Assembly: GCA_964611335.1 (NCBI GenBank)
Contig: CAZSXR010000001.1
Span: 382,993 to 446,992, forward strand
DNA length: 64,000 nt
Reading direction: 5' to 3'
From: an uncultured Pseudobdellovibrionaceae bacterium
Lineage (GTDB): Bacteria; Bdellovibrionota_B; Oligoflexia; Oligoflexales; Bog-1112
Shown here in pieces: positions 39,831 to 48,691 of this stretch (its first letter is position 1; each line of letters begins with the position of its first letter). The notes below the pieces were generated by a model, which was not told the origin of the DNA, ran no database searches, and saw only the letters and a program-made list of their open reading frames with translations. The translations under genes were made by a program, and so were the position numbers.

Positions 39831-39875
39831 ATAAATATATCTCCTTGCTGAGAGGCACTTACTCTCAGTTTAAAC

Positions 39876-40493
39876 TTAACGAACGTCTTCTTCCAGATCT
39901 TTTCTATTTTTTTTCACACTGACAACTACTTCGTCGACTATACCGTAGGCTTTTGCTTCTTCTGCAGACATGTAGAAGTCACGATCAATGTCTTTGTAAA
40001 TCATCTCTTCGTTTCTTCCCGTATGCTTCGAAAGCAATTGACACATTCTTTTTTTCAAACTGATAATTTCACGAGCTTGAATATTAATATCAGTCGCTTG
40101 TCCGGTCGCTCCACCCAAAGGCTGATGAATCATCACCCTTGAATTTGGAAGTGCATAACGTTTACCGTTCTGACCTGCTGCCAATAACCATGCAGCAGAA
40201 CTCGCACACTGACCAATACAATAGGTGCGAACATCCGGTCGGATATGTTGCATAGCATCATAGATGGCTAAGATCGCAGTAACAGAACCGCCGGGTGTGT
40301 TAATATAGAGGTGAACGTCTTTGTCAGGATCTTCACTTTCCAAAAATAAAAGTTGAGCAATAATGACATTTGCCATTTCATCATAGATAGGTGTGCCTAA
40401 AATAATAATTCTATCCTTCAAAAGCCTAGAATAAATATCCCAGGAACGCTCCCCGCGACTCGTACTTTCGAGAACTATTGGGACGAGAGCCAT
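39876..40493 (-). CDS. clpP: ATP-dependent Clp protease proteolytic subunit ClpP
   Basis: [30 protein letters not shown] (Ser), MIHQP (His). Confidence 0.95.
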   Translation of the reverse strand: MALVPIVLESTSRGERSWDIYSRLLKDRIIILGTPIYDEMANVIIAQLLFLESEDPDKDVHLYINTPGGSVTAILAIYDAMQHIRPDVRTYCIGQCASSAAWLLAAGQNGKRYALPNSRVMIHQPLGGATGQATDINIQAREIISLKKRMCQLLSKHTGRNEEMIYKDIDRDFYMSAEEAKAYGIVDEVVVSVKKNRKDLEEDVR

Positions 40494-40735
40494 TGCTTCA
40501 GTCTCCTTAAAAAAGAGTAATAGATGATTGTGTTAAAACAGATCTCACAAGCTCAAAAAAGCGCAACACGCTTCTCTCTCTTCCCTCTTCCATATGAGAT
40601 CGTATCTAATTAAACCTCTTAGAGGCCACCTTATGCGAAAGGCAAAGGCCTGACAAGAATCTTCGATTCTATCGGGGCCTGAGCGGAGTTTTTCTTCTAC
40701 ATAGACGTTGGTTAAGAGTTGAATCCAAGATCGCG

Positions 40736-42100
40736 CTAGATATGATCATGATTGTGATCGTGATCGTGATCGTGATCGTGATCATCATGCTCTTCATGAT
40801 GATGGTGATCATGTGCTGCAGGAATAGGTGTGATGGTTGCGTGAGATGTAAGAAAGTTAAGTGCCTTTTTGAAAAGCAGTTGTTCCCGAACATTGTCACC
40901 ATATTCTCGCAGATTGCGATTAAAATCAGCTTCTTTTTTGGCAGGATCTGTTTCTCGAGAAAGCTGTGCAATAGCCTGATGAAACTCTTCGTTTGTGAGA
41001 GACAACTTTTCTTGTTTGATCAACTCATGCAAAAGCATTGTATTTTTTGCTCGCATTTTTGCTTCGACCAAAACTTCTGCACGCATATTCTTATCAGCAA
41101 GAGCTTTCTGACGTTCAGAATCATTTTTAAAATGGGATTGAGAGATTATGTGATCGATAACCTGATCTGTGATGGAGGGCGGAACTTCAAAAGGAACTCT
41201 GTCGTTTAGTTGCGTAAGAAGAGCGTTGTGTACGCCATCTTCGTTCAAACGAGTGTAATGCGCTGCTAAACCTGCGCGAACTTTTTCTTTGAGATCTTCA
41301 AGAGACTCATAGTTCAAATCTTTTGCAAACTCTTCATCGATAACGGGAACTTCCAGTTTCTGAATGGATTTTAACGTCACATTGAAAACAGCAGATTTTC
41401 CTTTGTATTTTTCAGTAATGCCTTCGCTTGGGAATTTAACATTTACAGGTTTTGTCTCATTCAGATTCATTCCAATAAGAGCATCTTCGATTTCTTTGAT
41501 AAAGAGTCTATGTCTGCCAACTTCAACAACTTGTTCATCCATAGTTAGCAAAGGATCATCTACACCTTCGATCTGTGCTGTATAAGAGATTTTAACGAGG
41601 TGTCCATTATCACAACGTGTGCTTTCTGCTACCGGTTTTAGAGTGGCGTGCTGGCGAGCGAGTTGTTCTAATCGATGTCCCAACATATGATCATCAGCTG
41701 TGTGATGTTCATAAGAGACAACAAGATTTTTATGTTGATCATTGAGTTTGATTTCAGGAAGCACATCGATGATGGCACTGATTTCATAAGCTTGATCTTC
41801 TGTAGGAATATTCGAATTTTCTATGTAAGGCTGAGAGATAGCCGAAATGCCGCTCTCTCTCAGAGAGGAAAGTAGGTGTTCACGAACAAGCTGGTCTACA
41901 ACGTCATAGGAACCTGATCCACCGTACATTTTTCGGATAAGGGTCATAGGGACCTTACCAGGTCTAAACCCATGAACTTTGGCCTTGCCTCGAACTTTTT
42001 GATAATAGGCTGAAAAAGCTTTGTTTACAGCTTCAGGTGGTACAGTAACTTTTACGCGTCTTTGCACGGAGTTGATGTCTTCAACGATGGCTTTCATCAT
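40736..42100 (-). CDS. tig: trigger factor with C-terminal His/Asp-rich tail
   Basis: N-terminal ribosome-binding GFRPGKVP, and position upstream of clpP-clpX-lon. The tail reads AAHDHHHHEEHDDHDHDHDHDHNHDHI. Confidence 0.9.
   Translation of the reverse strand: MMKAIVEDINSVQRRVKVTVPPEAVNKAFSAYYQKVRGKAKVHGFRPGKVPMTLIRKMYGGSGSYDVVDQLVREHLLSSLRESGISAISQPYIENSNIPTEDQAYEISAIIDVLPEIKLNDQHKNLVVSYEHHTADDHMLGHRLEQLARQHATLKPVAESTRCDNGHLVKISYTAQIEGVDDPLLTMDEQVVEVGRHRLFIKEIEDALIGMNLNETKPVNVKFPSEGITEKYKGKSAVFNVTLKSIQKLEVPVIDEEFAKDLNYESLEDLKEKVRAGLAAHYTRLNEDGVHNALLTQLNDRVPFEVPPSITDQVIDHIISQSHFKNDSERQKALADKNMRAEVLVEAKMRAKNTMLLHELIKQEKLSLTNEEFHQAIAQLSRETDPAKKEADFNRNLREYGDNVREQLLFKKALNFLTSHATITPIPAAHDHHHHEEHDDHDHDHDHDHNHDHI
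40753..40782 (-). repeat. hexanucleotide microsatellite (GATCAC)5 encoding (Asp-His)5
   Basis: The + strand reads GTGATC x5, 40753..40782. Confidence 0.95.
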
Positions 42101-42261
42101 GATCTCTTTCTCTTAATTGGGCCTTGATTGGGGCTCGGAAAAGTCGGGCCAGTCTAGCTTTCTCAGCTTTTTTTTTCAAGCCCGCAGATAAGATCAGTTT
42201 TCAGGGAAGGAGTCAACGGACTAAAGAGAAGGCTTTGTTCGTGAGAATTAGCGAGCTTTCA

Positions 42262-42861
42262 TTAGCCTTTTTTCTTCGCTTTGATGGGGAATAGGCTTCC
42301 ACAAAGGCTATTGTTTTCAGAAGTGCTGATGCAAATATCGCTTTCATTCTCGGTACAATTTAAATTCTCAGAAGCAGTTTCCTTCACAATACAAACGTTA
42401 TTTTCACCCACACTAACAGTAGATGTTGGACAGATCGATAAAACGGTCCCGCAGATAGGGGTTAGTCTTTTCTTTTTAGCTTCCTTTCCTGCTCTTTTAG
42501 CTTCTTTACCTTCTCTTTTTGCTTCTCTTCTAGCCTCTTTACCTTCTCTTTTTGCTTCTCTTCTAGCCTCTTTACCTTCTCTTTTAGCTTCTTTACCTTC
42601 TCTTTTAGCTTCTTCGCCTTCTCTTTTAGCTTCTTCGCCTTCTTGTTTCTCATTAGTATGTGTTGCGTTTCCCTGTCCTGGGATCGTTGCTGGGCCAGAC
42701 CCTGCTTCCCCACCTGTAATGTTTACATCGGAGCCCAGTGCTTCCAAGCCTTCGGTCGCTGCTGAGCTAGAAGATTTCTTAGCTTTTGAAGAGGATCCCC
42801 TGCAAAAGCTAAGGGCTAAGCTCAATATTAAGATTCCAAAAAACTGTAAGTTTCGTTGCAT
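42262..42861 (-). CDS. exported K/E/R-rich tandem-repeat protein with Cys-rich C-terminus
   Basis: Signal/lipobox-like MQRNLQFFGILILSLALSFC. EEAKREG/KEAKREG/KEARREAKREG repeats. Seven Cys in the last ~70 aa. Confidence 0.6.
   Translation of the reverse strand: MQRNLQFFGILILSLALSFCRGSSSKAKKSSSSAATEGLEALGSDVNITGGEAGSGPATIPGQGNATHTNEKQEGEEAKREGEEAKREGKEAKREGKEARREAKREGKEARREAKREGKEAKRAGKEAKKKRLTPICGTVLSICPTSTVSVGENNVCIVKETASENLNCTENESDICISTSENNSLCGSLFPIKAKKKG
42474..42645 (-). repeat. in-frame 21-bp and 33-bp tandem repeats within the K/E-rich gene
   Basis: 33-bp unit at 42504..42536 and 42537..42569. 21-bp units at 42570..42590, 42591..42611 and 42612..42632. Read directly. Confidence 0.9.
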
Positions 42862-42951
42862 AGATGCCCCCACATAGTGAACTTAGTGGCGGATCGGTAA
42901 ATTTTCTGAAAAATTTAAGGCCGTTAGTTTAACCTGTTAGGATTAAAGAAT

Positions 42952-44268
42952 TTATTGAGTTTCGAGATGATGTTTTAGGGAAGCGAGAAATTTTGCCCCA
43001 CCCTCTCCATCGACGATGCGATGATCGAAAGTGAGACCGACTTGGACTAGAGGACGAATGAGGATTTCACCTTTGACCACCGCTGGTCTTTCTACAATCG
43101 CACCTGTGCTTAGAATGGCAACTTGAGGTTGGTTGATAATGGGTTGCGAATGAAGAGATCCATAGATTCCGGGATTAGTTATGGAGAAAGTTCCGCCCTG
43201 CACATCTTCAGGGCTTAGGCGTTTTTCTCTTGCTCTGCGAACGGTATCGTTCAATTTTTCTGCAACCTCGAAAAGAGTGCAGTCGTTTAAATTTTTGAGA
43301 ACAGGAACGATCAGCCCGTGGTCGGTTGCTACTGCACATGCGATATTAATTCGTTCTTTGAAAAGAATGTCTTCTCCATCAACGGAAGAATTGATGATGG
43401 GATGTTCTTTCAAAGATTTTATAGCAGCGTGGATAAAAAAAGCAGTGAAGCTGAGTTTGCTTTGAAAACGAGTGAAAAAATCCGCTTCGAGTTCTTTTTT
43501 TGCACGGACAACTTCTGAAAAATCAATTTCAAAAGTCGTTGTCACATGTGGAGAAATTCGAACAGAACGAAGCATATGCTCTGCTGTCAGACGACGGATA
43601 CGTGTCATCTTTGTTCGTTGAACTTCAACTCCATCAAGAAATTCCTTGTTGTCACGTCTTTCTGTTTTGAGTGAGAACAAAGGTTCATGTACATCATGAC
43701 CTGTGAAAGATGTAGGATGAGAAGGACTTTGAGAATTCAGATGTTCGAAAAGATCCTCTTTGGTAACACGACCGTGAAGACCGCTTCCTCGAACATCTGC
43801 AAGATTCAGACCGCTCTCTTTAGCAATTTTGCGAACGAGTGGAGACGAGCGTATTGGCCCTGCAATAATGCTTTGAGAGATTGCTCGTGGGGTATTTAGG
43901 GTATGAGAGAACTGAGAACTGGTGACAGTACCTATTTTTTTGTCCTGTATGGGTTCTTTCGAAGGTGTTTTTGAGGATTTTTTCGAGAGTGTTTTTTCTA
44001 TTTGCATAAGTGGAGCAGCAGCATTTGGAGAAATCTGTGCAAGGCTCTGTTGAACGGAAATAAGGTCACCCTCTTTTGCAAAACATGCGATGAGAAAACC
44101 TGAAGCAGGTGCAACGATTTCCGTATCGACCTTGTCCGTTGCTATTTCGAGAAGGGGTTCATCTTTGCTTACTTTGTCTCCTGGCTTTTTAAACCAACGT
44201 ATCAAAGTGGCTTCATGAATGCCTTCACCCATCTGTGGAAGTTTAACTAAAGTGGATTCTTGAGTCAT
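42952..44268 (-). CDS. 2-oxoacid dehydrogenase E2 component (dihydrolipoamide acyltransferase)
   Basis: Lipoyl domain LPQMGEGIHEATLIRWFKKPGD..EIATDKV, an E3-binding region, and catalytic DHRIVDG. Start at the ATG at 44268, not the longer ORF. Confidence 0.88.
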   Translation of the reverse strand: MTQESTLVKLPQMGEGIHEATLIRWFKKPGDKVSKDEPLLEIATDKVDTEIVAPASGFLIACFAKEGDLISVQQSLAQISPNAAAPLMQIEKTLSKKSSKTPSKEPIQDKKIGTVTSSQFSHTLNTPRAISQSIIAGPIRSSPLVRKIAKESGLNLADVRGSGLHGRVTKEDLFEHLNSQSPSHPTSFTGHDVHEPLFSLKTERRDNKEFLDGVEVQRTKMTRIRRLTAEHMLRSVRISPHVTTTFEIDFSEVVRAKKELEADFFTRFQSKLSFTAFFIHAAIKSLKEHPIINSSVDGEDILFKERINIACAVATDHGLIVPVLKNLNDCTLFEVAEKLNDTVRRAREKRLSPEDVQGGTFSITNPGIYGSLHSQPIINQPQVAILSTGAIVERPAVVKGEILIRPLVQVGLTFDHRIVDGEGGAKFLASLKHHLETQ

Positions 44269-44281
44269 TGAATGCTCCGTT

Positions 44282-45694
44282 TCAGAGATGTATAGCGCCG
44301 CCAATTGCGACATGAGCCGCTTCCATAATCGTTTCAGAAATAGTTGGATGAGGATGTATAGCGTGAGCAAATTCATCAACTGTAGCTTCGAGAATTTTTC
44401 CAACAACAAATTCACTGATCAATTCAGTAGCCTTTGCTCCGACAATATGAACACCAAGAATTTCTCTGTAATGAGGTTCATATAAAATTTTTATGAAGCC
44501 CTCAGTAGATTCTTCTATTTTTGCTTTTGCAAGAGGAGCGAAGGGAAATTTTGCAACTTTGTATTCGATAGCTTTTTCTTTTAATGCGGATTCTGTGAGT
44601 CCAATGCTCGCTATTTCCGGTTGGGTGTAAACAGCGGAAGGATTGCTAAGATAATCGATAATAGGGGGCTTGTGACCAGCCATAATTTCAACAGCATGTA
44701 TAGCTTCTGCAGACGCTGTATGAGCGAGAGCTGGGGTGTTTATGACGTCTCCTATTGCAAAGATGGAATCGCATGTAGTTTTATAATGAGCATCAACTGG
44801 AATGAAACCTTTTTGAGGAACTATACGAACATTTGCGAGGCCGAGCTCTTCAATAACAGGAGAACGGCCAACGGAAATAAGAACCCTTTCAAATTTGCGT
44901 GCTTCTGCTCCTTCGACATGAACTACGCAGTGATCTTTTGCGTCATCGACACCTTTGAGTTTGACTCCATTTTCGATCTTTATATTTTTTTTACGAAGAC
45001 TTTTTGAGAGTTCTTGAACGCATTCGGTATCTTCGTTGGGAAGTATTTGCGGAAGCAATTCTATGACTGTGACATCTGTTCCAAAACTTGCAAACAAGGA
45101 AGCGAATTCCATTCCTACAACTCCACCGCCTACAACTGCGAGAGATTTAGGAACATGATCTATGCTCAAAATGGTGTCGGAAGTGTGTATAGTTTTCCCA
45201 TTAGGTTTTACGAAAGGAAGGTCTTTGACGCGTGACCCCGTGCTGATCAGTATGAATTTGCTTTTTAAAATTTCTTTTTTGGAATCCGAAGAGACTTCTA
45301 CGCTATGCGGGTCAAGGATTTTACCAAAGCCTTGGTGAACAGTGACTCCATTTTTCTTCATAAGAAAGAGAAGACCTTTGCGTTGGGCATTAACAATACC
45401 TTCTTTTCTTTCGAGAATTGCAGACCAGTCAAATTGAGGACTTCCAATTTTGAATCCTAACTTTTCGACATGATTGAGTTTGGTCCATGTTTTAGCTGAT
45501 TCAAGTAAGCACTTTGTAGGGATACAACCGACATTGAGACATGTTCCACCCAAGTACGTATTCTTTTCAATAAGCGCGACTTTGAATCCGAGTTGAGCTG
45601 CACGAATGGCGCCCACTTCACCACCGGGGCCAGAGCCGATGACAACAAGGTCATAATTTTTAGACTGAGAATCAGGTTGAGATGTTACTGCCAT
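44282..45694 (-). CDS. lpdA: dihydrolipoyl dehydrogenase (E3)
   Basis: VVIGSGPGG FAD motif and redox-active GGTCLNVGCIPTK. Confidence 0.93.
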   Translation of the reverse strand: MAVTSQPDSQSKNYDLVVIGSGPGGEVGAIRAAQLGFKVALIEKNTYLGGTCLNVGCIPTKCLLESAKTWTKLNHVEKLGFKIGSPQFDWSAILERKEGIVNAQRKGLLFLMKKNGVTVHQGFGKILDPHSVEVSSDSKKEILKSKFILISTGSRVKDLPFVKPNGKTIHTSDTILSIDHVPKSLAVVGGGVVGMEFASLFASFGTDVTVIELLPQILPNEDTECVQELSKSLRKKNIKIENGVKLKGVDDAKDHCVVHVEGAEARKFERVLISVGRSPVIEELGLANVRIVPQKGFIPVDAHYKTTCDSIFAIGDVINTPALAHTASAEAIHAVEIMAGHKPPIIDYLSNPSAVYTQPEIASIGLTESALKEKAIEYKVAKFPFAPLAKAKIEESTEGFIKILYEPHYREILGVHIVGAKATELISEFVVGKILEATVDEFAHAIHPHPTISETIMEAAHVAIGGAIHL

Positions 45695-46060
45695 AACTTT
45701 CCTCATGTTGCTAAAGGGTGTTCTTGGAACACTCCTGAAAACTAATAGTTAAGAATCTAAAACGCCATTATAGTCTGTTCAATCCACGCCGAGAATAAAA
45801 ACACAAATACTGTTTACTTATGTTCCTTAAAACGCTAGATCTTTCTTCGTTCTGCAGAAAGGAACAGTCCTTTCTGACGCACTAGCGTCGATCTTGATTT
45901 ATCATCATGCGAGCAAAACAAAAGATGCAAGACGTTTCTTCGAATATTTATCAAGCAATCGTCGTCCCTTTGGTTCTTCCTGAAAAAACCGGCACGAGTG
46001 TACACCCCACTCCATTTAAGATCTGGGAACTTTCTGAGAAAGCACTCAAAAAGCATGACA

Positions 46061-46657
46061 TTATTGATTAAGATTAAGATGACGAAATAGAAAGTTGCGC
46101 AACTCTTCGATTCCTTTCTTCTTGAGAGAAGAAACGACGAAGATATTGCTAACATGGATGTTCTTTGAGTTGAACAGAACTTGTGTCTGTTTTTCAATCT
46201 GAGCGAGTTCATTAGGTTTGAGTTTGTCAGCTTTTGTGAGAACACAGCTTACGGATGTTCTTCTTGTAAGTGACCGAATGAAGTCGAGTTCATGTTCGAC
46301 AAAATTGCGTCGAACATCGATGAGCACGAGGAGGTCTTTGATCTGTGGCCTTTTCAAATAGACATCTAGAAGATCATCCCACAGACCTTGAATTTCTTTA
46401 CCAGCCGTATTGTAACCCCAACCTGGCAAGTCAGCGAGAATCAGCATTTGATTTTTTTGGGGTGATAGAGAGAAGAAGTTAACCATACGAGTGCGGCCAG
46501 GGCTTGAACTTACACGGGCGAGGCTCTTACTATTGAGAATGGAGTTAAGCAGAGAAGATTTTCCGCAGTTGGAACGACCTAAAAAGACGATCTCAGGATA
46601 ATTCCAATCCATGAATTGATCTGGTCGTGCGGCACTAGTAATATAATTCGCTTCCAT
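46061..46657 (-). CDS. engB: ribosome biogenesis GTP-binding protein YihA/YsxC (EngB)
   Basis: GRSNCGKSSLLNSI G1 motif, DLPGWGY, TKADK. Confidence 0.88.
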   Translation of the reverse strand: MEANYITSAARPDQFMDWNYPEIVFLGRSNCGKSSLLNSILNSKSLARVSSSPGRTRMVNFFSLSPQKNQMLILADLPGWGYNTAGKEIQGLWDDLLDVYLKRPQIKDLLVLIDVRRNFVEHELDFIRSLTRRTSVSCVLTKADKLKPNELAQIEKQTQVLFNSKNIHVSNIFVVSSLKKKGIEELRNFLFRHLNLNQ

Positions 46658-46739
46658 ATATGTAATATGTCATCCGGTGATATCTCAGTGAGGGGATCTT
46701 TGGGATGACTTTTCCTTATTAAAATAGTGGTTCTTAATT

Positions 46740-48686
46740 ATGAAACGAGTTCAGCTTTTAAGCGATGAAGTTATAAAAAAAATCGCTGCGGGGGAAGTTG
46801 TAGAACGCCCTGCGAGCGTTGTAAAGGAGCTTGTCGAAAATTCCTTAGATGCGGGAGCTCGCAAAATCATCGTCGAGCTGGAAGAGGGTGGGACGGAGCG
46901 CATCACAGTTCAGGATGATGGCTGTGGAATTCCTGCCGAAGACTGCCTTTTGGCTCTTTCGCGGCATGCTACGAGTAAGCTTTCGCAAGATGAAGATCTT
47001 TTTAATATTGAGACGTTAGGTTTTAGAGGCGAAGCTTTAGCAGCTATTTCTGCCATAGCCAATTTTTCGCTCTGCAGTCGTGTAAGGGGGACGGAGCAAG
47101 GTTGTAAACTAACTATTGAAGGTGGTGGGACTCCGATTCTTGTTCCTTGGGTAGGGAATGAAGGAACGACGATTACGGTTTCTAAGCTTTTTTGCACGGT
47201 GCCTGTGCGTGCAAAATTTCTCAAAGGGCCAGATACAGAGTTTGCAAATTGCCATGATCTTGTTCAGGCTCTTGCTTTGTCATCCCCCCATGTAGGTTTT
47301 TCCCTTTTTCACAATGGCAAACTTAAATTCTCTGCACCAGCTTTAGAATTTGGGCGGGACGGAGCCTGGCGTGGAGAGAAGACATTACGTGAGCGATGGG
47401 CACTTATTGCAGGTAGAGAAGAGGCTGAACTTGCGATTTATGTTCGAGAAGAAAACGAGTATGGCCGGTGGGAAGCTCTTCTTTCGGCGCCAGGTCGGGA
47501 TAAGGCAACGCATAAGAATGTTGTTCATTTTGTGAATGGCCGTTGGGTTAAGGATAAAATATTGAACTTCGGAATTCTTCGCGGCTATCATTCTCACCTA
47601 CTTAAAGGAAGGCACCCTCAAGTTTTATCTTTTTTTGAATGCGATCCTTCTTTAGTCGATGTGAATGTTCATCCCGCTAAAACCGAATTGCGTTTTCAAT
47701 ATCCAGCTGAAGTTCAAGGTTTAATGAGCTTTGCTATTCGTAAACACATGCGTGCTGCAGAGTGGGCACGAACGGAGCAAGATCTTAGGACGGAGCAATG
47801 CCTAAGAGCTGAAACTCTAAGGACGGAGCAAGTTAAAGAATCAATGAGGTCTCTTTCTGTTTTGAACATATCTGAGAACGACAGTTACAGTTCATCGAAA
47901 GATATTACACAAAAAATGCCTGCTGGTGATATTTCACAAATGCGGCAAATGTCGTTGAACGGTATCTCTGTATTGGAAATAAACAAAAGTTCCGAGTCAG
48001 AAAAAACTTCGCTCCGTCCTAATGCAGAAATACTTCGTTCTGTAATCCCTACTGTAATCCCTACTAGGACGGAGCAAACAGCGAATTCACTTTTTCAGCA
48101 AAGCTCACAAGATAAATGGAAGAATCTTCATTACATTGGAACTTACGCCAAATGTTACTTACTCTTCGAAGATAACACGCAGTTGTTAGCTATTGATCAG
48201 CATGCTTTCCATGAGCGTATTCTTTACGAACGTCTTTGTTCAAACCCCAGGCTTCTTGCTCAAAGTCAACCTTTGATGATGCCGGAAGCTCTTTCTTTGA
48301 CGGCAAATCATATTGAAGCCTTGAGAACCCACGAGCACACTGTTCGTAGCGCGGGTTTCATAATAAAATTTTTAAATGAAACAACAGTTGAAATCTGTGC
48401 AGTTCCTACTCTGCTTGTACATAAAAATTATGAAGATGTTTTTCAACATTTTGCAGAAAAACTCGGAGAGGGGTGCGTGGCTTCAGCTCAACATGTTCAC
48501 CATGATTTAATGGCAAGTATTGCATGTCATGCCGCTGTGAGAGCTGGAGAGGAACTAAGCCCTGAGGAGCTCAGAACTTTGCTTGGAGAAGCTGAGACTG
48601 TGGATTTTTATCATAATTGTCCTCATGGAAGACGAGTTTTCAGAACTTTTGAAAAGAGTCAGGTGGCAAAATGGTTCGATCGCTAA
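46740..48686 (+). CDS. mutL: DNA mismatch repair protein MutL with motif-laden linker
   Basis: GHKL ATPase VVKELVENSLDAGA and DDGCGI. C-terminal endonuclease-type DQHAFHERILYE and CPHGRR. Confidence 0.93.
   Translation: MKRVQLLSDEVIKKIAAGEVVERPASVVKELVENSLDAGARKIIVELEEGGTERITVQDDGCGIPAEDCLLALSRHATSKLSQDEDLFNIETLGFRGEALAAISAIANFSLCSRVRGTEQGCKLTIEGGGTPILVPWVGNEGTTITVSKLFCTVPVRAKFLKGPDTEFANCHDLVQALALSSPHVGFSLFHNGKLKFSAPALEFGRDGAWRGEKTLRERWALIAGREEAELAIYVREENEYGRWEALLSAPGRDKATHKNVVHFVNGRWVKDKILNFGILRGYHSHLLKGRHPQVLSFFECDPSLVDVNVHPAKTELRFQYPAEVQGLMSFAIRKHMRAAEWARTEQDLRTEQCLRAETLRTEQVKESMRSLSVLNISENDSYSSSKDITQKMPAGDISQMRQMSLNGISVLEINKSSESEKTSLRPNAEILRSVIPTVIPTRTEQTANSLFQQSSQDKWKNLHYIGTYAKCYLLFEDNTQLLAIDQHAFHERILYERLCSNPRLLAQSQPLMMPEALSLTANHIEALRTHEHTVRSAGFIIKFLNETTVEICAVPTLLVHKNYEDVFQHFAEKLGEGCVASAQHVHHDLMASIACHAAVRAGEELSPEELRTLLGEAETVDFYHNCPHGRRVFRTFEKSQVAKWFDR
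47770..48075 (+). repeat. cluster of GGACGGAGC-type motif copies in the MutL linker, plus a 12-bp tandem duplication
   Basis: GAACGGAGC at 47770; exact copies at 47788, 47821 and 48067 (+) and 48011 (-). GTAATCCCTACT x2 at 48042..48065. Confidence 0.9.
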
Positions 48687-48691
48687 ATAGT

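Noticed and set aside
40753-40782. Five GATC sites within 30 bp, considered as a Dam-methylation or SeqA-type regulatory cluster.
   Set aside because: The sites are fully explained by the in-frame (GATCAC)5 repeat encoding Asp-His. There is no origin-like context and no evidence that this organism has Dam.
42474-42645. Regularly spaced 21/33-bp repeats that could be mistaken for a CRISPR array.
   Set aside because: The repeats are contiguous with no unique spacers, are in-frame within a coding sequence, and no cas genes are nearby.
42281-42877. 198-aa + strand ORF covering the same interval as the K/E-rich gene.
   Set aside because: It is the mirror reading of a low-complexity tandem repeat (a poly L/A/S product) and has no signal or start context. 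The minus-strand ORF has a signal peptide and a structured Cys-rich end.
45907-46071. Unlisted 54-aa + strand ORF (MRAKQKMQDVSSNIYQAIVVPLVLPEKTGTSVHPTPFKIWELSEKALKKHDIID) in the lpdA-engB spacer.
   Set aside because: There is no SD, no recognisable motif, and it overlaps the engB stop by 11 nt. Support is insufficient to call it a gene, but it is worth a proteomics or Ribo-seq look.
45835-46245. 136-aa minus-strand ORF overlapping the 3' end of engB out of frame.
   Set aside because: It overlaps a confident GTPase gene and its composition looks non-coding. It is probably a spurious ORF spanning the engB-lpdA intergenic region.
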